From positions 55,120,001 through 55,184,000 of the forward strand of contig OZ076409.1 of the NCBI GenBank assembly GCA_964187785.1: DNA of 64,000 nt, in the 5' to 3' direction. The translations under genes were made by a program, and so were the position numbers. This stretch comes from Amphiscolops sp. MND2022. Its lineage: Eukaryota. Position 1 is the first letter of the stretch; the number at the start of each line of letters is the position of its first letter. Below the pieces are notes generated by a model. The model saw nothing but the letters and a program-made list of their open reading frames with translations. It was not told the origin of the DNA and ran no database searches. Positions 10,366 to 21,242 of the stretch are shown here, piece after piece.

Positions 10366-11086
10366 TTTCTTGTCTGACATATTTCATTGATGCCTGGGCG
10401 TGATCTTTTTCCATTGGATCCTTCTTGTTGAGATCCAGGTCTTTGGACAAATTGCGTTTGCTGGCGTTCTAATCTGCGGTTTTGAGTAGGTCAATAAAGT
10501 TACGTGCTTCTTTGATTTCTCCTTGTGATGTCCGTTTCATGGGGTTTGAGGTTTTCAGTTGTCTTCCCACAGCTTCAATCAGTCTAAAGTTTGGTTGAGG
10601 TTGTGTGGCTATTCTTTCTGATCTGCGCAGGGGTTGTATTGTTTCAGGGTTTTCATCCGAACTGTCGGAAGTTTCTGGTATGTCTGCGGTCAGGTTGACT
10701 GGGGGTGCTAGTCGTATACTCGTATGGTCCGGTTCTACTATGGTGTGGTTTTCATTCGCGGTATTGGGGTTTCTCGCTGGTGGTATAGGTAGTGGTAGGT
10801 GTTGTTGGGCCTGATTGCTTTTTCCAAAGGAAATTGAAACTCTTACTGGGCTATCAAATGTTGTCGGTTGAACAGACTCAACAGGTGTGTCATCTTGTAG
10901 TAATGATGGGTAACCTCTGTCGAAGTAATCTGTGTCTCCTCTGTTATGTCCCAGTTCTAAAATTTGCAGGGCCTATTTCGGGAATGTCTTCAACTTGGTA
11001 TTGTGGTGTAATAGGTCTGATCCTGATTCTATGCACAATCTGTGTATAGTTTGTTCCAATTTTGCGAATAAGATAATTAGAGTCTG

Positions 11087-11833
11087 TCAATACTTTTCCC
11101 CTCCATAAAGTGCATGCCATTTTTGTATTAATTTGGAGCTGAAGGTAGATTGTTCTGTCAGTTTAGGGTTTAGTAGGAGGCAAAACTGGTGTTGTTGTAA
11201 TGGGTTTGCACGTGCTTTCTGATCATAATACCTGCGGTATCGTGCGAAAGACTTTACGAGACTCTCTTTTGTTTCGGAGAATTTCTTCAACATTTCATCT
11301 CGTAAAGATTCCACAAAGTCGTAATTGAAAGCTGCCTTTCGGATACATGTGCTGTAGAATCTGAGATCCAACGGTTTCATTGGTTCTCTGCCGTAGAAGA
11401 GTACTGTTGGTGCGCATCCAATAGAAGTATGGTATGATGTATTGTGGATGAAAGTCACCAAAGGTACGTACCGATGCCAGTTTGTTAACGTATCATTACT
11501 GTTTAGTTTGAGGATTCTTGTGAGTGCTGCGTGTGATCGTTCAAGTGCTCCAATTGTCTGTGGGTGCTTAAGAGAGGGATGTGTAATTTTGTTTTCCAAG
11601 AGCTTTGTAAGTTCACTAAAAAGTTCTGAGACAAATTGTGTTCCAAGGTCCGATATTATTTCTTTTGGTATATAGCTGTGATTGAACATAATTGAGGCCA
11701 ATGCTGCAGCTACTGATGGCGCACTTATTGTGGTCAAGGGCACAGCAAAAAGGTATTTGGAAAAGACAACAATTGCTGTGAGCACATATTTATACGGAGA
11801 TGAGGGAAATGCTCCTTGAATATCGATCTGCAT
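11087..11833 (-). pseudogene. pol: pol: integrase catalytic core
   Basis: MQIDIQG...IISDLGTQF...HPQTIGALERSH (D,D35E pattern). A frameshifted C-terminal extension continues below 11087. Confidence 0.92.
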
Positions 11834-11887
11834 TATGTCTCCGGGGAAGGATGTTTTTGAAGATAGTTCGCTTAGCGGAGGTTTGAG

Positions 11888-13255
11888 TCAAGTTGGTTGG
11901 ACAAGTTTGAGTTGTAAACAGGTTGAGCAGTTTCTGATGTGGCTTGCAATTTGTTCTATGTCATTCGGGCAGTAAAAGCGCCTACGAAACTCGGCGATTG
12001 TTCTTGTTATTCCCAAATGTCCTCCTGTGGGTGAATTATGTATTCTATAGAGGATTTCTTTTAGCATGTGTTTGGGTACACATACTTGTTTATGAAGGAT
12101 AGTACCATCATGGTCGTAATAGTTCCGTTTAAGGATTCCATTGTCTATGATTAATCGCGGGAGTTGTTTCCGATATTTCTGTTCTTCTCCTGATGAATAA
12201 ATATTATGTGGTGGTTCTGTACCTTCTGTAAGCCAGGTTGTCACTTTCGAGAGTAGGGCGTCATTTTGTTGTTCCCTTTCTAGAGTTGCCACCGATGTCT
12301 CAAGTTCTGGATAATTGTCCATCGGGTTTTGTAATTGTAGTGCGTTGATCGGGACTGCTTGTTTGTATCTGGTCAATTGGATTTCTTCATTTTGGGTTGC
12401 CAGGGCTTTTTGGTGTTGTGAGGCATTCTCAAAGTTTCCAGATTGTTTCAATGTTATTAATGTGTTCATATCAACCACTTGAAGTAAGTCATCGGGGAAT
12501 TCACCAGAGAAAAGTTCATTAATTGTATTGTCTGGTAATTTAGCTCGAATATCAATCTCTACTTCGCGTACCGGAATACGGTCTGTAAGTTTGAATTCTA
12601 CTGTTTCGTTCGAATTTGGTTGCAGGCGAGATAAAAAATCCGCTGCTGCGTTTGCTTTCCCGGGAATATGAGCGACTACTATGTTGAATGTGGTTACTCT
12701 GTCGACATAGCTCCAAAGGGATGGAGGAATTGTCTTTGCTTGACAGAAGCGTGTGAGGCTTTTGTTATCTGTCAGTATCAGTACAGGTTTTTCGCTACCC
12801 CATATGAAGTGTGAGAAGGTTTCTAGAGCAAAACAAAATGACAGGAATTCTTTGCAGTAGATTGGCATTTTCAACTGAGCTGTCTTGAAGACTTTCGATC
12901 CAAATGAGACTGGTGCGTATGACTTTACATCTTCACCTTTCTCATTTTTGACATAGTCTTCAATCATGAGTACGAATCCACTCGAATGGTAACTTGCGTC
13001 ACAAAAAATTACATAATGTAGTCCTGGTTTTGCCAATCGTAGTGTTTGCGTTGCAGTTGTTTTGAGTTTCTCCTTCAAGGTTTCAAACGAATCCAGTATT
13101 TCTTCTGTCACTTTGAATACCACATTTTTCCGCAGCAGTTTATAGAATGGTAAGATATGCTCATTCAAATTGGGGTTGAAGTTTCTGAAAAACTGAAGGA
13201 AACCTATCAGTCTTTTTACTTGTTTAACAGATTTTGGTATATCCAGTGTTTTCAA
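11888..13255 (-). pseudogene. pol: pol: RT connection, RNase H and integrase HHCC zinc-binding domain
   Basis: VIFCDAS, ILTDNKSL, HIPGKANAAADFLSR; HNSPTGGHLG...CSTC. Confidence 0.92.
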
Positions 13256-13263
13256 GATATTCT

Positions 13264-15060
13264 CTATTTTGTTTCTGGTTTTAGGCCTTCTTTGGTAATC
13301 ACATTTCCAAGAAAACTAACTTGTTCAGAACCAAATACACACTTTTTTGGAGATAATTTGAGTCCTGAGCGTCTGAGGCCTTGAAATATTTGTCTGAGGT
13401 ATGGTTCCAAATAGTTTCTCACAAAAGCACTGAATCCGGTTACAGATCGGTTCAATCCTCTCGCTAATCGCTGATAGGCTAGGGTTCGTGAAGCAAAGTT
13501 GAATGCCAGTAGTTGTACCGAGAGTGGGTCTGCCATTTGTACACAATGGTAGGCCTGAGAGCAATCAAATTTGCAAAACAGTTTCTTTCCGGCAAAATGA
13601 GCAGTTGTGTCTGCCCTTGTTGAGAATGGAAAGTTATTGTTGTGATAATCATGAAGGAGTAAATGGTTGATACGGCGTAGGTCTACTAGGATTCGAAGTT
13701 CTCCATTAGTTTTACGGTGTGCGAAAATTGGACTGCTATATTTTGAATGGTTGAGGCTGGTGATAATTCCAAAATATTGTAAGAGTGCAAGTTCAACCTG
13801 TAGTTCCTCTCGTAAGTGTATTGGTGTCGGTGGGCTTTGCGTGTAGACAGGTTTATCATGTTCAGGAGTCAATTTCATTGTTATTTCCGAATTATAACTG
13901 ACGTCAAATCTATGTTTGGCAAATATATCCGAGAATTCAATCAGTAGCTCTTCTAGTTTTTGTTTTTGATGTGGATTCAGTACTGAGTCTTTCCATTGGA
14001 ATCTTTGGAGGAATATTTCACGGTAGTTAGCGTCCATTTGTGGGTCTATATTTTCTAACTCTTGGAGCTTCAATAGTTCCTCATAAATCCTTTTTTCCAC
14101 TCCTTGAAGATTTTCCGTATTTCGACAAGTTTCTGGGGTCTGGAACCAAAAACTTTTGTAGTCTGGTTGAGGTCTAGGAGGTTGCGATTCTGAGTTAAAA
14201 GTTTGATCTATTACCAATTGGTTTATTCCAGTGACTAAATCATCTGGGTTTTTGAATTTTGCTAAAGTCAGTAGTTGAGGGTCAATTGGTGTTAAGGTTT
14301 CAGCTTGTTGGGGTGAGAGAAATTTAAAGAGAGCAATGTCTGAATTTCGAGGTATCGTGACTTCATTTTCTTGAAGGTTCAATGCAGAAATGAATAGGTG
14401 ACCTGAAGAGTCAACTTTCGAAAGGGATGAGATTATGCACAAACCCGTTTTTTCCTCGAAACTAGTTTTCGGTTCGACTATCCCGCAAAGCTCCGATACT
14501 TTATTCTTGGAGAGTAACACGCATTTTAAAATTGTTTGTTGGTTCGGGGCAATCGTTGTTTTCTCGACCGTTCTAATTGAGTACTGGGGTTTTGTAGTTT
14601 TCTCAAGTTTGTCCATTTCATTCAATTGTAGTGTCAGGTCTGGAAGTTTCATCAAGTTTTCTTTTGGGTATAGTTCTACGGAGTTATTTTTGAAGAAAGG
14701 GTTTCCCAAAATAATACTACTTGTATTGGGCAGAACAAGGAATGTTTCCTTAAAGGAATGATTGGCAATGGAAAATTGGAGTTCTATTTGGCCACGCACA
14801 GGTATAAGTTGTCCGGAAGCTAATTTCACTTTACTGACCTGTTTTGGTGTAGTGAGTTGCGAGATGTTTCCACCCACAAGAAGATTTCAAGTCTTCATAG
14901 TCATGTTCATTGATGGCATTTGCACAGGCTCCAGTGTCAATTAGAGCTTTTCTCGTTTCTTTAGAGAAAAATTTTAGTGGTACATAGGATAGAATATCAC
15001 CCTGAAGGGATATGCATGCAGTAATTTGGTGGTCCTCTCTTTGTGTCGTTTCTTCCGTTT
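13264..15060 (-). pseudogene. pol: pol: aspartic protease and reverse transcriptase (frameshifted; catalytic DD block deleted)
   Basis: ALIDTGACANAI protease motif (~14930). RT motifs YSSPIF, LRILVDLRRIN, KFDCSQAYHC, RLARGL and GLKLSPKKC. No (Y/F)xDD between YLEP and YLRQIF. Confidence 0.92.
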
Positions 15061-15081
15061 TGTCTTCATACTGGCGTGGCT

Positions 15082-16242
15082 CTACTCGTTTTTTGGTGCT
15101 GTTCGATATGGAATTTGCTGGTTTCTCTGTGCTGGTTGACGTTGAATACAATCCTTGGCGTAGTGGTTTGGGTATCCACAGTTGTAACATACATTTTTCG
15201 AGTAACTGGTCTCTTCAATATGTCCATCATCAGATGACTGTTGTAGCTGTGGGTTGTTGTTACCATAGTTGTTTTGGTTACCTCTGTTATTGTTGTATTT
15301 GCCATAGCACCCTCTGTTGTTGTTATATCTACCTTTTCCTCTGTTGTTTCCTCGATTGAAGTTTCCTCTTCCTCTGTATCCTCTCGAGTTATTATATCTG
15401 TTGTTACCTCTGTAGTTAGAGTTTCTGTTCTGATTATTGTCGTTGTTGTAATTCTGGTTACCCATGTTTTGACAGCTGAATGTGTTGATTCTGTTCGACA
15501 TTTCAGTTTGGTGTTGTTTGATTTCATCTTGTTGTTGAGTTAATTTAGTTAATGCACTAACCAAGTTTTCTGAGAGCGTTGTACTCACTTCGTTGAATGC
15601 GTCTCTGGACCAATCGTCACTCGGGCACAGCTCAAAGAACACCATTTGCCTTCGAGCCACAGTGCACAAGTCTTGAACTGTTGCTGCTTCATTTTGATCC
15701 AAAAGTTTTCTTTTAATGAAGTTTGGCATTGAGTTTGTGAAGATTTCTTTTATCCTTCTGTTTCTTTCATTTGTCGCATTGTCCAAAACAGTCTGATTCG
15801 CTGCTTCTGTTGCCGCAACTCTGGCAATTCCAGCTTGGTCATTTGGTGGATTAGCTGGTGGAATAGGTGCAAACACTGGGTCAGGATAGGCTTGTGTTGC
15901 TTTGATTTGCACTTGTACGAGGAAGTCTTCTGGGCTACCAGTTTTGTGATCAAATTTCAAGTTATGTAGTTGTAATTCTCGAAGATTTGGGTTACAGTAG
16001 TGGTTGCGCAGAGCTGTAATGGCTGCATCGAAGTTATCTCTTGTAGCTTGTGGTAATGTTCTAAAGAATTGTAGGGCTTGGTCTAGTAGATGTAGTTGCA
16101 GGAATTGTGGTCGGTTTGCCGCTGGGATGTTCCCCACATTGATCAAGCTTCTGAGTAGACTCTCAAAATCTGGCCAATTTTCATCTGGTTTTCCGCGGAA
16201 TGGGTTGAGTAAGATGTGTGGTTGAGGGTTTGCAGCTGCCCT
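15082..16242 (-). pseudogene. gag: gag with CCHC zinc knuckle and an Asn/Arg/Gly-rich region
   Basis: The frame is open from 16242 (AGG GCA GCT GCA..., probably a mutated ATG) through PFRGKPDENWPDFE. It contains CYNCGYPNHYAKDC and overlaps the start of pol. Confidence 0.88.
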
Positions 16243-16254
16243 TGTCTTTTCCTC

Positions 16255-16272
16255 ACTTCCTCCTTGTCACCA
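16255..16272 (-). promoter_or_regulatory. Primer-binding site
   Basis: Minus strand TGGTGACAAGGAGG... starts immediately after the CA end of the 5' LTR; TGG is complementary to the tRNA CCA end. The priming tRNA was not identified. Confidence 0.7.
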
Positions 16273-16398
16273 TGTAAAATTCTTGGGGTTTTCCAGTTTT
16301 TAAATCTCTTTTGCTTTAGGTTTCTTCAGAGCGGGGCGTGAGGAAGGCTTTACAGAAAAGATTTTAGTGTCGATGTTTTACAATCAATTATTCAATAG

Positions 16399-16968
16399 GG
16401 GAACAAGACGTTTCGGCACAAGACGTTTCGGCAACAAAATGGCGGAAGACGTTTCGGCAACAAAATGTTGCCGAAACGTCTTTCACCTGCTGTGAAGACG
16501 TTTCGGCACCAAAGACGTTTCGGCAACAAGAAGAATAATCTGTAGTTTTCTTTAGTATGAAACGTGCCCCATATATGTCCCCATTTCCTCTAGTGCCCCG
16601 CGGCCCCTTGGGGCCGCTTATATTCCCATCTTGCTAAGCGAGGTCGAACAGGAGCAAAGACCTAGCGGAAACGGAGATCGCGAAGCGATCGTAGTGGGAG
16701 CTGGTCTTTGCGACGGTGAGGGCGAGCGTGCATACACCGAATATGCCCCCACATTAGAAGGGGAAAGTCCTGAAAATTTTGCAAGACATTCACGAAAAGT
16801 AAAAATTTATTCTTAAGAAGTCAAAAAAAGTCACAAAATGTTGCCGAAACGTCTTTCACCTGCTGTGAAGACGTTTCGGCACCAAAGACGTTTCGGCAAC
16901 AAAAAGTTGCCGAAACGTCTTCCGCCATCTTGTTGCCGAAACGTCTTGTGCCGAAACGTCCGGAACCC
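16399..16968. mobile_element. Foldback-type MITE with arms of AAGACGTTTCGGCA(A)C repeats, 8-bp TSD
   Basis: TSD TTCAATAG (16391-16398, 16969-16976); GGG...CCC termini; long modular inverted arms. Confidence 0.88.
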
Positions 16969-17056
16969 TTCAATAGAAGCCCAAAATTTCTTGTCCTCAA
17001 ATTATTGTCATCAATGTTTTATTTTCTTCACTTTATTGTTTCCTGTCATGCGGGAA

Positions 17057-17971
17057 GGGTGGCTGTAAATAGGTCGAATTTTTGGTAAATGGTCACTTGG
17101 CTTAATGCCATTTGGCTTAAAGTCATTTGGCTTAATACAATTGGTCACTTGGCTTAATTTTTTTAAGCTAAGTGTCTCGGGAATTGGTCACTTGGCTTAA
17201 AGTCATTTGACTTAAAACCACTTAGTTGAAAACACGTGACAGATTTTGTCGAATTTATCTTTATAACGGAATCAGCGTATCAATATAACATGTCATATCA
17301 AGTACCCCTCGTATATGTCCCCATTTCCTCTAGTGCCCTGCGGCCCCTTGGGGCCGCTTGTATTCCCATCTTGCTAAGCGAGGTCGAACAGGAGCAAAGA
17401 CCTAGCGGGAACGAAGATCGCGAAGCGATCGTAGTGTGAGCTGGTCTTTGCGACGGTGAGGGCGAGCGTGCATACACCGCATATGCCGCGCATTATGATA
17501 TTTCCGGGAGTTGACATATTTTTTCCTTGAGTTAGAACGGAGTTGGCTTAATTTTGTGGTCACTTGGCTTAAAATTTTTAAGCCAAATGACTCGACGAAA
17601 AAATTAAGCCAAATGGTATTAAGCCAAGTGACTGGTAACCGAATTTTTCTGGTCGAAAGGACAGAGGTCGAACCTTTTGATCGAATTGCAGAGATCGAAT
17701 GGAATGCGGTCGAATTTTATCGTATTTGTTGCATGGCTCGGTCGCTTCGCTCCCTTCGCCAAGTAGCAACATTGAGGCATGGCCATATGGCACGTCGCTC
17801 CGCTTCGCTTCGCTCCTGCATTCAGGGCACTAGGGGTATGTGAACATATCTGACTACGTTATAAAAATTTCGATCCGAGTTGTTTCGATCCCATTCAAAA
17901 ACTTTGGTATGTCGACCTGAGGACTAACTCTGATTTTCGATCCCGTTCCTTCGTTCTACTTCCGCCCACCC
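17057..17971. mobile_element. MITE, second copy of 2975-3326, containing a nested MITE
   Basis: 9-bp TSD ATGCGG(G/A)AA (17048-17056, 17972-17980). The body matches 2975-3326. Confidence 0.88.
17084..17640. mobile_element. Foldback-type MITE with arms of GTCA(C/T)TTGGCTTAA repeats, 8-bp TSD
   Basis: TSD GAATTTTT (17076-17083, 17641-17648). Termini GGTAAATGGTCACTTGGCTTAA and TTAAGCCAAGTGACTGGTAACC. Confidence 0.88.
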
Positions 17972-19131
17972 ATGCGGAAATTGACCAATATATTTTTTAT
18001 TAAAAACTGCCCATGCGTGTATTTAGCGTGTGGGTCATAATATATTTTTTATTGCTTTTTTTATTGTTCGTGAAATTACGATTTGCATTCCGGGGGGTTG
18101 TTTTATTAGGATTAAATATTCATAGCTCCAATTGGGGGTCAAATTAATTAGTGAGGGTATATATTGATTAGCTTCACAAAGTTTAATACCTTCTAATATT
18201 CAAAGAATATTACACCGGACGAGACTAAAAGGTCCCCCTTTTGATTTTTTTCAGCACTATGCGACTTTTTTTCCGAAATTTCTTCAATGTCTCAAAAGAG
18301 TCCCCTTTCCAGTTTTGTGATATTTTGCAACAGAATATATGTCAATAAATCCCAAAGGGTCCCTCTTTTCTACATTTTTCGGCACTATGCGGCATTTTCT
18401 CTAAGGAAAAAAATCAAAAATTTCAAGTTTTCTTTCAAACAAAAGTCTTGCGCTTTTTGAGCCTTAGATATAGCTCCGACTTTAGACGTTCATGTCTTGT
18501 TTGTGATTCGACAAGATTGAAAAAACTTGCGTGAAGCCATTATATTAGTGTCGTTTTTATATAAATTGCCTAGTTTTTGTTTACTGTTTTTTTTCGTTTT
18601 TCACACGAAGTCCAACGAAATGATGGAGATTATGAGCTGATGTGTTTCTAAACTTTTGCATGTGACCTATGTTCATCGTTGTCACGGCTGCCGAGTTCCT
18701 AATAATAATGATTATATAAGTTGTTCCTTATCGGGTGCCTTACGTGGTTTTATGTTACCAAGTGGTTGGCACACACCCGTGGGCTCCAAATGAGGGGAAA
18801 CAATGAGCGAGAATGCTTATCAGAAGACTTATTACCCATGCGGGCCCTTATTTCAGTAAACCGGCAGAAATGAACGAAATTTTTAAATTAGCAACCCATC
18901 ATTGTCCAAAAGAGCAACCGCCTGAAAACTGAAAAGTTTACATCCTCGTTTCTGTGAAAATCACTTCTTGCAGCTCCGACCCGCGATGTCAGTAATTTTT
19001 TGTCAGTGTTGCATGTATGTGTAGCAGGCAACTACCTGATTAGTCGTGGTTTTTGTCTCACTCAGTTAATCCCATGCTTTTGATTTATACTTCGAAGAGA
19101 TTAGAAATGAGTTCCATAGCAGGAATATGAC

Positions 19132-21242
19132 CAGGGGCTGGCAATTAAAAATTGATATTCCAATTAATTGCAATAATTGATAAACAATTATTTAATTGCT
19201 ATTCTTTTCAATTACCAATAATTGATTGCGTGCTTTCAATAATTGCAATAATTGTTCTTCAGTATATTTCAGGTCAGCATGTCGAAAAATCAAGCTGAGA
19301 TCTGTAAAACATTCTTTAAATTACTCGAAAGTGAAAATGATACTTAGCTTTGCAAATGTGGCCGAAAATTGAAGCAGCGAAAAGGTACAGGTTGGAGCAA
19401 TTTGTAGGCTCATATAAAAGTGCAACATCAGCAGAAAAGTGAAACAGTTGCAAGTGAAACTCAGGCAACATACTAATTTGCGTCCTGTTCTTTTCAATGC
19501 AACAAGGTGGTCGAGTGTCTTTGATATGATATGTCGATATCGTGAATTTAAATCAATAATACAAGAAGAGATGCAATCTGAAGCCAATATAGTTGACCTA
19601 TTACTTTCTCCCAAAGAAAACTCTGAAGTGGACTCCTTATTTTCAGAACTAAAAGATTTGAACTCCGTGAGTGTTGCGCTGCAAAAGGAAAAACTAGATA
19701 TGTCCACTGCCCGATTGCTCATTGACGAAACAGCTAAAAAGTTTCCAAAACTCGATCCAGAGAATAAGTATCTCGGAAAAACGCCCGTATTGTGAAGAAT
19801 AAGCATTTCGAAACAGGAATTGTAAAAATTCTTGATGAGAAAGAAAACGAGCTCAGCTTGACCGAAATTTTACAATGTAAAAGATTGAAAAAACATGAAG
19901 ATGACGAAGAAAACCAAACTCCGGTAATAGTAGAGACAGGGGTTTGCAATAATTAATTGGTCTTCCAATAATTGCAATAATAATTGCCAATATTATTGAT
20001 TGGGCACTTTTCCAATAACCAATTAATTGGAAATCGTTTTGCCAATTATTGGTTTCATTGGTTTTCAAATTGAAAGCTCTTTTTCAGGTTTGAAATGAGT
20101 TCGAACAGAGATTTTAAAACCATATGCAAGAAATATTTCACACCAATGGAAAATGACATTTTCAAATGCAAATGTGGCAAAATTTTGAAGCAAAAAAAAG
20201 GTACCGGTTGGTCTAATTTGATGGTGCATATTCGAACACAACACGAAACAACTCCATCCGGTCCCTAAAATACTTTGGACTTTATGCAATGTAAGAAGTC
20301 TCAAACCATCCATGATTGGATCGAATGGATATGCATGGAGCTTCGACCTTTTAGCTTTGTGGAAAGCGAGTATGTGAAGAAAAATGTCAAGCTTGAAGCA
20401 ATTTCAAAGAATACTTTGCAAAAGTATATGCATCTCCTCACCAAGAAAGTGGAACAAGAAATCATCAAAGCAATGCCAGAAAAAATTGCTTTGATAGTTG
20501 ATGGATGGACATCTGGTAGCACCCACTACTTGGGCGTAATGGCATCGTTCTGCGACATGGATCAAATTGTTGAAGTTCCGTTGTTAGCTTTTTCGCCGCT
20601 CATTTGAGTGTGCATGCCGCTGAGTGAGCTGTTTTATAACGCGTCTTTTCGATGATTTTTGTAATTTAATCACTCTGAAACAGCTGTTTTTTAAAGTGCC
20701 CAATTATTGCACTTATTGCAATAATTTATTGGTCAAGGGTCCAATAATCAATTAATTGGTTTTCAGAAGTTTTGGGACCAATAATTATTGCAATTATTTA
20801 TTGCAAAGCCCTGAGTAGAGAGTGATTTCGCTGAAGAAATTCTGCAAAAGAGGCAGAAAAAGGGGGATGAATCGAAATATCTTAACTGTCGCTTCTTGTT
20901 CCCGACATCCAATATTTTGGAGAGGTTTTTTAGTGCTGCAGGCTATGCTCTGAATGATTTGAGACAGAATATAACCCCTGAACATTTGGAACAACAGCTG
21001 TTCCTTCGGGCGAACAAAAAATACTGGACCGTTAAAACGGTCAATTCTGTTCTTTCTGATTGATATCGTTTCGTAATTGTTTTTTTTTTCGATTGATTTT
21101 TGTTTTCATTTCTTACTGTTTCATGTGACTCAATTATTGCAATTATTGGTATCAATTATTGATTGGCAAGTATTTTCATCAATTATTAATTGAAACATTT
21201 TTTATCCCCAATTATTATCCAATTTTTAATTGCCAGGCCCTG
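19132..21242 (+). mobile_element. hAT DNA transposon, internally deleted (outer element)
   Basis: TIRs CAGGG(G/C)CTGGCAATTAAAAATTG; 8-bp TSD AATATGAC (19124-19131, 21243-21250). Remnants include a BED-like finger (CKCGRKLKQRKGTGWSNL..H), NATRWSSVFDMICRY and the C-terminal PTSNILERFFSAAG...LFLRAN dimerisation motif. Confidence 0.92.
19937..20813 (+). mobile_element. hAT DNA transposon deletion derivative nested in the outer hAT
   Basis: TIRs CAGGG(G/C)TTTGCAATAA; TSD AGTAGAGA (19929-19936, 20814-20821). Encodes a BED-like finger (CKCGKILKQKKGTGWSNLMVH) and the first catalytic block IALIVDGWTSGSTHYLGV. Confidence 0.92.

Larger units (their letters stand above)
4049..18214 (-). mobile_element. 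Full-length but decayed Ty3/Gypsy LTR retrotransposon with env (endogenous-retrovirus-like) and accessory genes
   Basis: Two LTRs with TG...CA ends, 5-bp TSD CCGGA (4044-4048, 18215-18219), empty site in duplication copy 1, PBS, PPT, and gag-PR-RT-RH-IN-env on the minus strand. Confidence 0.96.
16273..18214 (-). repeat. 5' LTR, interrupted by three MITE insertions
   Basis: Segments 16273-16398, 16977-17056 and 17981-18214 reassemble to the 4049-4487 LTR. Confidence 0.93.

Noticed and set aside
16405..16960. CRISPR-like short repeats (AAGACGTTTCGGCA)
   Set aside because: The repeats occur in both orientations as MITE arms bounded by a TSD, there are no unique regular spacers or cas genes, and the context is eukaryotic.
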